64,000 bases of DNA, taken from Candidatus Cloacimonadales bacterium (lineage in GTDB: Bacteria; Cloacimonadota; Cloacimonadia; Cloacimonadales; JAFGVF01). This document shows positions 40,265-49,699 of the stretch, piece by piece. The stretch spans positions 1,152,001 to 1,216,000 of the forward strand of contig OY762964.1 of assembly GCA_963667035.1 (NCBI GenBank), written 5' to 3'. The position numbers and the translations under genes were made by a program. Position 1 is the stretch's first letter, and each line of letters begins with the position of its first letter. Under the pieces are notes generated by a model. The model was not told where the DNA came from and did not search any database. It was given only the letters and a program-made list of their open reading frames with translations.

Positions 40265-41359
40265 ATGCAATATCTACCTGTCGAAACATTATATAACTTT
40301 ATGATTGAAGTGTTTGTAAAGCTCGGAGTTCCTGAAGAAGAAGCAAAAATGTGTGCAGATGTGTTGATTGAATCTGATTTAAGAGGTATAGAATCTCATG
40401 GAATTGGTCGACTCAAGATGTATTACGATAGAATCAAAGCAGGAATTCAGTTTGTTAATACAAAGATAGATGTTGTTAAAAATAAAGCTGCTACTGCTGT
40501 GTGGGATGGTAATCACGGAATGGGGCATGTTATTGCAACTAAAGCGATGCAAGAAGCAATTAATAAGGCAAAGCAATATGGAATAGGATGTGTCACGGTA
40601 CGTAATTCTACTCATTATGGTATTTGCGGTTATTATGCATCAATGGCGATTGAGAATAATATGATTGGTGTTACTTTTACAAATGCCAGACCTTCTATTG
40701 CTCCGACAAATGGGGTAGAGCCAATGCTTGGAACCAATCCTATCTGCTTCGGATGTCCTGCTGATTACGATTTTCCTTTTATCTATGATGCGGCTACATC
40801 AATAAGTCAACGAGGTAAGATCGAAGTGCTAGCAAGAGAAGAAAAGCCAACTCCCGAAGGTTGGGCTATTAATCTGCAGGGAGAGACTCAAACCGACACT
40901 GCTAAACTTCTTGTAGACTTAGTTAAGAAACAAGCTTCAATGTTGCCTATAGGAGGAACTGATGAAGTAACCGGAAGTCATAAGGGTTACGGATTGGGAA
41001 TGATGGTGGAAATACTCAGTGCAGCATTACAGAATGGAAGTTATCTTCAGGGTTTACATGGATGGTCTGAAGATGGAAAAACTCGAGTACCATACAAGCT
41101 TGGTCATTTCTTCTTGGCAATTAACATTGATTTCTTCACAGATATTGATGATTTCAAATCAATTGTTGGAGATATTATGAATCAAATGGTGACTTCCGAT
41201 AAAATACCAGGTAGAGATAGAATTTATGTAGCGGGGGAGAAGGAATACTATAATGCCATAAGAGTAAAAAAAGATGGTGTTCCAATTGTGCCTAATCTTA
41301 AGAAAGATATTGATGTTATGCAAAAAGAACTTAAAATTGATATGATTAAGTTTGATTAA
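40265..41359 (+). CDS. Ldh_2-family (malate/L-lactate/sulfolactate-type) NAD(P)-dependent oxidoreductase
   Basis: DLRGIESHG, NSTHYG, GTNPI, DAATS, GSHKGYGL. Confidence 0.92.
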   Translation: MQYLPVETLYNFMIEVFVKLGVPEEEAKMCADVLIESDLRGIESHGIGRLKMYYDRIKAGIQFVNTKIDVVKNKAATAVWDGNHGMGHVIATKAMQEAINKAKQYGIGCVTVRNSTHYGICGYYASMAIENNMIGVTFTNARPSIAPTNGVEPMLGTNPICFGCPADYDFPFIYDAATSISQRGKIEVLAREEKPTPEGWAINLQGETQTDTAKLLVDLVKKQASMLPIGGTDEVTGSHKGYGLGMMVEILSAALQNGSYLQGLHGWSEDGKTRVPYKLGHFFLAINIDFFTDIDDFKSIVGDIMNQMVTSDKIPGRDRIYVAGEKEYYNAIRVKKDGVPIVPNLKKDIDVMQKELKIDMIKFD

Positions 41360-41429
41360 CACTTAGAATAATGATTTAATCATAACTACTCGAATAATGG
41401 GTGGTTTTGACCTAGCCTATAAATGTATG

Positions 41430-41463
41430 TTACAGACCAGCGTCTCATAACGCTGGTCTGTAA
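41430..41463. repeat. Perfect 14-bp-arm hairpin (REP-like or terminator)
   Basis: TTACAGACCAGCGT-CTCATA-ACGCTGGTCTGTAA. Confidence 0.7.
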
Positions 41464-42109
41464 AAGAATTCAAACTACATCGTCTCTATTTCAATCTCTA
41501 ATGGGATTATGTACTACTTGCTACCCTTAGATGAGTCTCATCCTCTTTTTGACTCAACTTGTCTTGTACAATATCTTGATGATAATCAATCGTTAACCTC
41601 ATCTATTACGGCTACTTTTGATTTAATGCTCTCTCTCTTTTCATTTATAAGTCCCGATAATTAATTGTAACACATATAAATAAATCGTTGAAATAAAGTG
41701 AATGTATTCAAAAAATTCATAATTGTTTCCATCCTCTATCAACGCTGTATCATAATAATTGAATTTCAACAATCTTATTTTTGAGAGTCTCTTGACTCAC
41801 CCCTGTCTCGGGAGATTGGTGAGTCATCAGTTTCGGAGAGGGATAAGATATATTTTTTTACTTTATTGTGATAGTTCATTGAAACCGCTCAGAATGCCCA
41901 TGCAATTCCATTTATATCATTTTTAAACTAAAACATTCTTATGAATAATGCAAAAATAATCCAATTTAGCCAAAAGCGTAAGCTACGTATAGTAGAAGGA
42001 TGAAAAATAATTGTTAAACTAAGTATGATGAACCCCTCATCGGTTCTCATCAATATTCGAACCACTTCTCCCCATAAGGGCGAAGATAATGAAAGATTGG
42101 AGAATAAAA

Positions 42110-42562
42110 ATGAAAGTAAAACTTGCATGTTGGATTAAGTCCGTATCCGGGAAACTTGATGACTTAGTGTTTTGTGTAGACAAGAAAACAGAAACAGTTT
42201 GGGTGCGTGACTATGTTGTGCCTGAACTTACAGAACAGAATCATCTCATGGGTAGCATTGCTAAGAATCTTGGCTTGTTTAGGAGGGATACAAGTGAAGG
42301 TTATTTTGCTGATTTAAAAGATTATTCAGATAGATATAACTTGTCCTCTTTAGGGCAATCAGGAAGAATGAATTGCTACGCTGCACATTTGAAAATGATG
42401 TTTGCCTTGAAGAAATCTACTCCGGAAGTCGATTTGTTGTCTATTACTCCTCAGGATGTGATTGATAATGATTTACCTGTTAAAACGATTGCAGAGGCTG
42501 TTGAGAATAAGCTATTACCCTCTGTAACCCGATTTGAAGAGTTAACCAATTTGATTATATAA
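42110..42562 (+). CDS. Small hypothetical protein; N-terminus resembles DUF6266-like proteins
   Basis: GGAG RBS before ATG 42110; SVSGKLDDLVF...VWVR pattern. The family resemblance is from memory and is not verified. Confidence 0.6.
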   Translation: MKVKLACWIKSVSGKLDDLVFCVDKKTETVWVRDYVVPELTEQNHLMGSIAKNLGLFRRDTSEGYFADLKDYSDRYNLSSLGQSGRMNCYAAHLKMMFALKKSTPEVDLLSITPQDVIDNDLPVKTIAEAVENKLLPSVTRFEELTNLII

Positions 42563-43184
42563 AACCTCTGATATCCCCTCAGATACACTGAGAAAAGCCC
42601 GTCCAATCATTTTTAATTTTGCTATTCAATTCACTAATTATCAAGACAAAATCTTCATCTCATATTTCAGTATAATATACAATACTGTTTTAGCGGTTAA
42701 GAATTATGAATACCTCTTATAATGCATGGATAGATATAGTAAACAATAATAGAACAATATTTGTTAGATTATAACTTACTAACAACAAAGTTTACATTAA
42801 TATAACCTTAGTGGTAACAAAATATACAGTAACATATAAGAAGTAAATAAGAAATAAAACCATGTAAAAGCAAAGAAAGATGATACATAAACAATTAAAC
42901 AAAAAATAGTAAAATAAAAATATTAATTGGAATAACTAATGCAATAACATTAAATGTGTGGGAATTATAATAGGAGGGAAAGATGAAATATCATAACAAT
43001 TACACATAGTTTAGTGTTGAGTATAAGATTATATGTAACACAGATATGTTAACCGTTGTCTTTAAGTACAAGTTACCAACCGATAATGTCATCTATTTGT
43101 TATTACTTAACTTCACAAGTAATTTGCACTCAATTTACATTATAGCACTATTGCTATCAAAATAACTATAATAAAAGGGAAATT

Positions 43185-46100
43185 ATGAAGTATATATTTC
43201 TTATCCTAATAATATTTCCGGTAATCCTGTTTGCTGGAACCTATGTTTATCAAGTTGATATTGAAACTCCTGTAATTTCTGGGAATCAAATAACAAATTA
43301 TGAAAACCATATTGAGAATAAAGGTGATCCAAGGTTGCCATATGTTAATGTTACAATCTTACTGCCTATGGGAGAAGAGTTAACTAATGTAGCTTTCTCC
43401 GAGGTAGGCGTTGACTATACAGTTTCAAAGGTAGCCATTGATCCTTCCTATGGAATGTACTCAGGAGATTTTAAAACAATAACACAGTATTTCAGCAAGG
43501 TTTATGATGAGGATAAATTCTTTCCTGAAGAAACATTTTACTATCTTTCTCCATCAAGATTGAGAGGTTTTGAGTTATTGACTGTTTCTATCATACCTTA
43601 CAAGTATAATCCAAAAGCTTCCCAACTCAGTTATAACTCAGAGATTAAGGTCACTGTGAGCACTCAATATAATAATACTTTACACAATTTGCAAAGTGAT
43701 ATGTTATTATCATCCCCTTCAACTGAAATTGATTTCATTAATAGGAGTGTTGTAAACCCATCAGTTGCAAGTACATATGTTAAAGCTCAAAGATATAATA
43801 CTTTTCCACAATCATTAGTAGATGCAAATCATCCTCATAATATGATAATCATAACAGAGCAAAGCTACATTGATAATGGTTGTTTTGATGATTATGTCGA
43901 GTGGAGAGAGAGCAATGGATATGCTGGTTTTGGTTCAGCCACAAATGGAATAATAAATGATATAGGAGTTTACTCTCTTCAGAATATTTATAGTACCTAT
44001 ACCGGAGATGATAATGCAGACAAAATAAGGAATTTTATAATTGATGCATATCAGACATTCTCTTCTACAAATACACCCCTAAATTATGTAATGTTAAATG
44101 GAGACATTACAATTATACCATCAAGGCACTTAAGAGTACATGATAATGAAGACCACGTTCAGATTGTCGAATGTGATACCTACTTTGGCGGATTGGATGA
44201 TGATTGGAAAAACAACAATGGATCTTATAATTGTTATCGTAATGATAACAATGCAGATTTTGTAGCCGAAGTAAGCATAGGACGATTACCAATACATAAT
44301 TCGTCAGAACTGTTTAATATACTGAATAAAACAATGAATTTCTTCTCAGCAAATAGTAATAAATGGTTGTTAGCTGGAGGATGGTTAGTGGATGTAGAAG
44401 CACTTCGAGTACAAGTTGGAACCATTACAGCTGAATATAATTGCGAAGAGTTTTATGATGCTATCAATGGTCAAGAGAATATCGAGTTATCATCAGTATA
44501 TAATTCGAGTGATGATGTTGATATAAGCTCAGAGTTAAATGAAGGTTTTGGTTTAGTATATCACTTTAGTCACGCTAATGAAGTACAAAATTTTGGATTA
44601 CAATATTGGCAGGTCGCCAATTTAACTAATACATCTTATTCTGCTATTATATCTGCTGGATGCTCGTCAATGGATTATGACTCTTCAATTATTTCAGATT
44701 CGATTGGGGAAAGATTTATAACAGCAAGTAATGGGGCATATTTATACTGTGGGAACACTGACAAAGGGTGGTTTTCTTCTTTCTTAAGCCCTACTCATGG
44801 TTGGATAGCAACAGGTCCGAGTTTATTTTTAGATAAGGAAATTGCGTACTGGATGTCAAATGATAGTAACAATCCTTATACTCCTTTATGCTTTGGAGCT
44901 GTATTAGATAATGCTAAGTGTTATACATATAATAATATTCCTGCAGGGACGTCAGATCTTTGGCTATATCAGTTAGCTTCTAGAAACTTACTCGGTGATC
45001 CCTCAATAGTGATACCCTTTTTCTTCCCTGATGGTGTAACAAATTTAAATGGAACTCTTTGGGATAATCAGATTTATCCGGTCTACGGAGATGTGACAGT
45101 CGGTGTTGGCTCGACATTTACAATGATGCCAGGTTCACAACTGCTTTTCATGGGAGATTTTGGACTTACAGTTAATGGATCGCTACAAATATTAGGTACA
45201 GAAGAAAATCCTGTTACAATATCCGGACATACAACAGGATGGCAAGGTATCACTTTTGAAAATACAAGCAGTTCAGTGTCATCAACAGTTTCATATTGTG
45301 AGATATCTAACTGTGTAGCAAATAATAATCAGACAAAACATCTACCTGACCCATCTATCATGGGGGCCGCAATATATGCTCATAATGCCGACAACTTGAC
45401 TATTGATAATTGTACTTTTTCCAATAATATAGCAAACCACGAAGGTGGTGCTATTTATCTTTACAATTCCGATACTGAAATTAGTGATTGTACTTTTATT
45501 GGGAACTTATCAATGGGAGGATCAGGCAATCTTAAAGCAGGTGGAGCTGTTTTCATTGAGAACTCAGATTTTTCAATAACCGATTGCTACTTCGAAGATA
45601 ATAGTGGCACCAATGGTGGTGCTCTGTGTATTCATAATAGCACCGGTACAATAGATTATTCTACTTTTGTTGATAATCGTGGAACCGGAGCTGCAATGCT
45701 TATCAAGAACTCATCTCCAACTATCAATAATTGCACAATAACTAAGCATTACCGTGATACCTTTATGGGTTATATTACAATGTATGATAGTGATGCAGTT
45801 TTTAATAACTCAATTATTCAGGACAATGATGATAATCAGATTAAACTGAATGACTCTGATCCAATCTTTAATTACTGTAACATACAACATGGTAGATATG
45901 AAGCTGTTAATCAATCTGGCGTAAATAATCCTACTTATAGTAACATTATTTGTAAAAAGCCATATTTTATTGAAGATGAACCTTTTTCTTATCGTTTAAA
46001 AGAACATAGTGCTTGTGTAGATACCGGTGATCCTACATTGCTTGACAGTGATGGTACGGTTAGAGATATGGGGGCACAACCAATACCTATGAAGGTTTTT

Positions 46101-47363
46101 TATAGAGATGTATATAATTGGACTTCATTCCCTAAACTTGCAAATACAACAACAACAATTAGTGATGCTTTTAGTTCATTGGTGCCAGATACACCTACTA
46201 TAGATGTTGTACTACCGGATGAAAGCAATGCTCATTACGAATCTAACGACTGGACAGGTCAGTCAAACAATATTGTCAGTCAAACAGCATGTTATAAAGT
46301 AAAAACAGATGATGATTTCGAGTCATATAGAGAATCATTGGGTCAGTCGATTCCTGATAATACAACTATAAACTTAGGTTCAGGTGAGAATAAGGTAGGT
46401 TATTGGTTGAAAGAACCTCAAACATTGCGAGATGCTTTTTCAGATGAAAATGGAAACATGTATAGTGATTGGTGGGATAAAATTGAATCAGTACAATCAC
46501 AATATGTTTACTATCAGAAACCGACATCTGGAGGTGGGGGAGGGAACCAACAAACTAAAGATGATGTCCAAACAATAATAGTTTATGATGCTACTGCGTT
46601 ACATTTAGAATATGGTAAAGGATATGTGGTGACGCTTTATTCTGGAGAGACTATACAGAACTTTAGTTGGAATCCTCCTACTGTAGTCTCTGCACCACCA
46701 GAAATACTTAAGCCACAAAACTTTGAGTTTACTTATACTCCTGAGTATGAGGCTATAGATATTGTGTCTTCTGAAAGTATTACTCAAAAGAATAATGAAG
46801 TAACTGAAATTGGTGCTTTTGATGGAGAAACATGCATTGGTGCAGTGGTTGTAGAACAGTTCCCGGTTCAATTATTAACTTATCCATTACCTCAAAGTAA
46901 AACAGCAAACACTTTGGAGTTTAGAGTAATTTATGCGAATAAATCTGATGCGTGTACTTTTAAGAAATATCAAGTATTAAATTGTGAAACAAATGAGTTT
47001 GAACAGAAGGGCATAAAGCCGGGTGAGAACCTGAGTACTATAGTCAAACTTTCTGAGCCTGATAATGAGACTCATTCGGTGAATAAGTATATGAGACTGG
47101 ATAATAACTATCCTAACCCATTTAATCCAACAACAAGCATTAGTTTCTATGTTCCAAAAGCGAGCGAAGTTTCTCTTGACATATACAATATAAAAGGGCA
47201 AAAGATTAAAACGTTGCATTCCGGTAAAATAGCTGAAGGTCAGCATACATTGACTTGGAATGGAGAAGATAATAATAACGAATATGTGGCATCCGGTGTT
47301 TATTTCTATAGACTGAAAAATGGAAATGAAACAAAACAGAAAAAGATGCTACTTTTAAAGTAG
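43185..47363 (+). CDS. Gingipain-like C25 cysteine peptidase with propeptide, right-handed beta-helix and C-terminal FlgD-Ig-type domain
   Basis: GDPRLP propeptide, KIRNFI, YVMLNGD, IGRLP, putative dyad FSHA/SAGC, NLLGDP; GGAI repeats; YPNPFNP C-terminal domain. Confidence 0.85.
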   Translation: MKYIFLILIIFPVILFAGTYVYQVDIETPVISGNQITNYENHIENKGDPRLPYVNVTILLPMGEELTNVAFSEVGVDYTVSKVAIDPSYGMYSGDFKTITQYFSKVYDEDKFFPEETFYYLSPSRLRGFELLTVSIIPYKYNPKASQLSYNSEIKVTVSTQYNNTLHNLQSDMLLSSPSTEIDFINRSVVNPSVASTYVKAQRYNTFPQSLVDANHPHNMIIITEQSYIDNGCFDDYVEWRESNGYAGFGSATNGIINDIGVYSLQNIYSTYTGDDNADKIRNFIIDAYQTFSSTNTPLNYVMLNGDITIIPSRHLRVHDNEDHVQIVECDTYFGGLDDDWKNNNGSYNCYRNDNNADFVAEVSIGRLPIHNSSELFNILNKTMNFFSANSNKWLLAGGWLVDVEALRVQVGTITAEYNCEEFYDAINGQENIELSSVYNSSDDVDISSELNEGFGLVYHFSHANEVQNFGLQYWQVANLTNTSYSAIISAGCSSMDYDSSIISDSIGERFITASNGAYLYCGNTDKGWFSSFLSPTHGWIATGPSLFLDKEIAYWMSNDSNNPYTPLCFGAVLDNAKCYTYNNIPAGTSDLWLYQLASRNLLGDPSIVIPFFFPDGVTNLNGTLWDNQIYPVYGDVTVGVGSTFTMMPGSQLLFMGDFGLTVNGSLQILGTEENPVTISGHTTGWQGITFENTSSSVSSTVSYCEISNCVANNNQTKHLPDPSIMGAAIYAHNADNLTIDNCTFSNNIANHEGGAIYLYNSDTEISDCTFIGNLSMGGSGNLKAGGAVFIENSDFSITDCYFEDNSGTNGGALCIHNSTGTIDYSTFVDNRGTGAAMLIKNSSPTINNCTITKHYRDTFMGYITMYDSDAVFNNSIIQDNDDNQIKLNDSDPIFNYCNIQHGRYEAVNQSGVNNPTYSNIICKKPYFIEDEPFSYRLKEHSACVDTGDPTLLDSDGTVRDMGAQPIPMKVFYRDVYNWTSFPKLANTTTTISDAFSSLVPDTPTIDVVLPDESNAHYESNDWTGQSNNIVSQTACYKVKTDDDFESYRESLGQSIPDNTTINLGSGENKVGYWLKEPQTLRDAFSDENGNMYSDWWDKIESVQSQYVYYQKPTSGGGGGNQQTKDDVQTIIVYDATALHLEYGKGYVVTLYSGETIQNFSWNPPTVVSAPPEILKPQNFEFTYTPEYEAIDIVSSESITQKNNEVTEIGAFDGETCIGAVVVEQFPVQLLTYPLPQSKTANTLEFRVIYANKSDACTFKKYQVLNCETNEFEQKGIKPGENLSTIVKLSEPDNETHSVNKYMRLDNNYPNPFNPTTSISFYVPKASEVSLDIYNIKGQKIKTLHSGKIAEGQHTLTWNGEDNNNEYVASGVYFYRLKNGNETKQKKMLLLK

Positions 47364-47377
47364 ATAATTTGAATATA

Positions 47378-47407
47378 ATTCCCTATGGGCGTATGCCCAT
47401 AGGGAAT
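47378..47407 (+). other. Intergenic hairpin directly before an RBS
   Basis: ATTCCCTATGGGC-GTAT-GCCCATAGGGAAT; no U tail. Confidence 0.75.
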
Positions 47408-47421
47408 GCTTAAGGAATTAT

Positions 47422-49665
47422 ATGAAACTTAGCTTAATATTAGTATTGCTATTATTTACTAATGGGATATTCTGTGTTGTATTTGAGATTTTCGAAGACG
47501 GAACAGGAGATTACTCAACAATCCAGAGTGCAATAGATGTTTCTGTTGACTATGATGTTATACTAGTGCATCCTGGAGTGTATTATGAGAATCTTACTAT
47601 CACCAGTAAAGATATCACAATTAATAGTGATTTTTATGAGTCTCATGATCCTATGGATATCGCTAATACAATAATCGATGGTAATCGAGAAGGAAGCGTG
47701 ATTAGTATTCTCAATTCAAATTGGCTTCAAATAAACGGCTTTACAATCAAAAATGGTTCAGGGGAAGTGCCCTACACATATGTTGTTGGTGGAGGGATCC
47801 ATGCATCAAATTCACATGTTACAGTCAAGAATTGTCTTATTAAAGAAAATCGAGCTGATTTAGGTGGAGGAATCATGCTTACTGATTCCAACCTGTACTT
47901 GGAAAGTAGTACTATAAAATCTAATATTGCTTTTTATTTTGGTGGAGGGATTGCGATTAGTAACTCAAATGTAACTTTTCATGGTTCAAATCTTAACAAT
48001 ATATACCTAAACTATGCAGGTTCCGGTAATGATTTGTTTAGCACTTACAATAGCCCTTTGCAGACAGTGATTATTGATACTTTTACAGTAGCCAATCCAA
48101 CAATTTACCATGCTTTCCCATCAGACTTATATTCCGAACCTATATACCCTTTAGAAAGTAGATTCGATTTCGTGATACAGAATCATGTGGTAGATGAAGT
48201 AGCATCAGACCTTTATGTCTCAACAACAGGTGATGATAGTAATAATGGGGAATCCCCTGATTTCCCAATAAAAACAATTGCTTATGCTATGTTAAAAGTA
48301 GATTCAGATAGTTTAACCCACAGAACTATACATGTAGCAGATGGTGTATACTCTGAAAGCTTAAATAATCAAGTATTTCCAATTCATCTAAAAGATAATG
48401 TGAGCATAGTAGGTGAATCAGATACCGGAACATTCTTTGATGCAGAATCTATAACAGGCTTCTTCCGTTCTACATATAATGATAAAAATGTATGTATTAG
48501 GAATTTCTCACTTATAAACGGTTACAATAATCAGGGAATCTATCTCCATCATGCAATAGATTTCCAAATAGATAATGTTGATATATCCAACTATGTTGGT
48601 TCAAGGGAGGCGGTTTACATTATTTGCAGCGATGGTGATGTAAACAACCTTAGAATACATGATAGTAATCTTTGGGGTGCTCTTTCATTTATTTATGAAG
48701 ATGATTCATCCATCACGAATACTCGGATATATGATAATACTCAGTTTATCTCCGAAGACACATTCAGTTATTTTAGTATCGGAATACATTCGCAAAATGG
48801 AAGTGTTATGAACATTGTAAATACTGAGATTGTAAATAATACTGAAACTTATTCTGATTGGAGTTATGGAGGGGTTGCTTTAGGAATTACTTCTCTCGGC
48901 TATCCTACTCCCGCTACATGTAATCTAATCAACTCGACTATTGCTGATAACCATGCTGATTCATTTTTCGGTTCCGCTATTTCAGCTTCTACAGTCTCAA
49001 AACTAAATATTGTTAACTCCATTGTTTATGGTAATACTCCTCATCAGATTGTTTTGAATAATCAGACTTATCAGGAATCATTGTTTGTAAGAAACTCTTT
49101 AATTCAAGGTGGAGAGGAAAACATAGGTATGCTCGGTGAAGGATTTATTGATTGGCAGGATAATAATATCACGGATAATCCCATATGGGATGTTGATGAT
49201 GGTTATTACTTCCTTTCATCTCTTTCCCCTGCAGTAGATGCGGGAACAACAATCATGCCCGAAGGAGTGCAACTTCCTGAATATGATTTGACCGGATATG
49301 CCCGTATCTATGGAGACCAAATAGATATTGGATGTCATGAATGGAATCCAGTTTATATAGATGAAGATATATTGGTACACTCTCAACAAGAAACATATCT
49401 ATACAATGCATACCCCAATCCATTTAATCCTGAAACTACAATTTCCTTTGACTTACCGGTCAGAGGTAAGACCGAATTAAGTATTTTTAATATCAGAGGT
49501 CAGAAGATAACTACTCTTATCAATGAAGAGATGAGTATGGGACATCATTCCATCATTTGGGATAGTAAAGATAACAATGGAAAAAGTGCTCCATCAGGTG
49601 TCTACTTTTATAGAATTGAAACTCCAAGTATAACTCTAATAAAAAAGATGATATTGATGAAGTAG
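47422..49665 (+). CDS. Secreted beta-helix (DUF1565-like) protein with FlgD-Ig-type C-terminal domain, paralog A
   Basis: Signal peptide, TIQSAID, HPGVYYEN, LYVSTTGDDSNNG, SPAVDAG, IDIGCHE, YPNPFNP. Confidence 0.85.
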   Translation: MKLSLILVLLLFTNGIFCVVFEIFEDGTGDYSTIQSAIDVSVDYDVILVHPGVYYENLTITSKDITINSDFYESHDPMDIANTIIDGNREGSVISILNSNWLQINGFTIKNGSGEVPYTYVVGGGIHASNSHVTVKNCLIKENRADLGGGIMLTDSNLYLESSTIKSNIAFYFGGGIAISNSNVTFHGSNLNNIYLNYAGSGNDLFSTYNSPLQTVIIDTFTVANPTIYHAFPSDLYSEPIYPLESRFDFVIQNHVVDEVASDLYVSTTGDDSNNGESPDFPIKTIAYAMLKVDSDSLTHRTIHVADGVYSESLNNQVFPIHLKDNVSIVGESDTGTFFDAESITGFFRSTYNDKNVCIRNFSLINGYNNQGIYLHHAIDFQIDNVDISNYVGSREAVYIICSDGDVNNLRIHDSNLWGALSFIYEDDSSITNTRIYDNTQFISEDTFSYFSIGIHSQNGSVMNIVNTEIVNNTETYSDWSYGGVALGITSLGYPTPATCNLINSTIADNHADSFFGSAISASTVSKLNIVNSIVYGNTPHQIVLNNQTYQESLFVRNSLIQGGEENIGMLGEGFIDWQDNNITDNPIWDVDDGYYFLSSLSPAVDAGTTIMPEGVQLPEYDLTGYARIYGDQIDIGCHEWNPVYIDEDILVHSQQETYLYNAYPNPFNPETTISFDLPVRGKTELSIFNIRGQKITTLINEEMSMGHHSIIWDSKDNNGKSAPSGVYFYRIETPSITLIKKMILMK

Positions 49666-49699
49666 GGTGTACACCCATAGGGAATGCTTAAGGAATTAT

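Noticed and set aside
42983..43009. 8-codon ORF MKYHNNYT with a strong RBS as a leader peptide
   Set aside because: No attenuator structure is evident; it resembles a decayed duplicate of the downstream gene start.
49667..49699. N-terminal extension of paralog B in the ORF track
   Set aside because: It reads through the hairpin and RBS; ATG 49700 matches paralog A.
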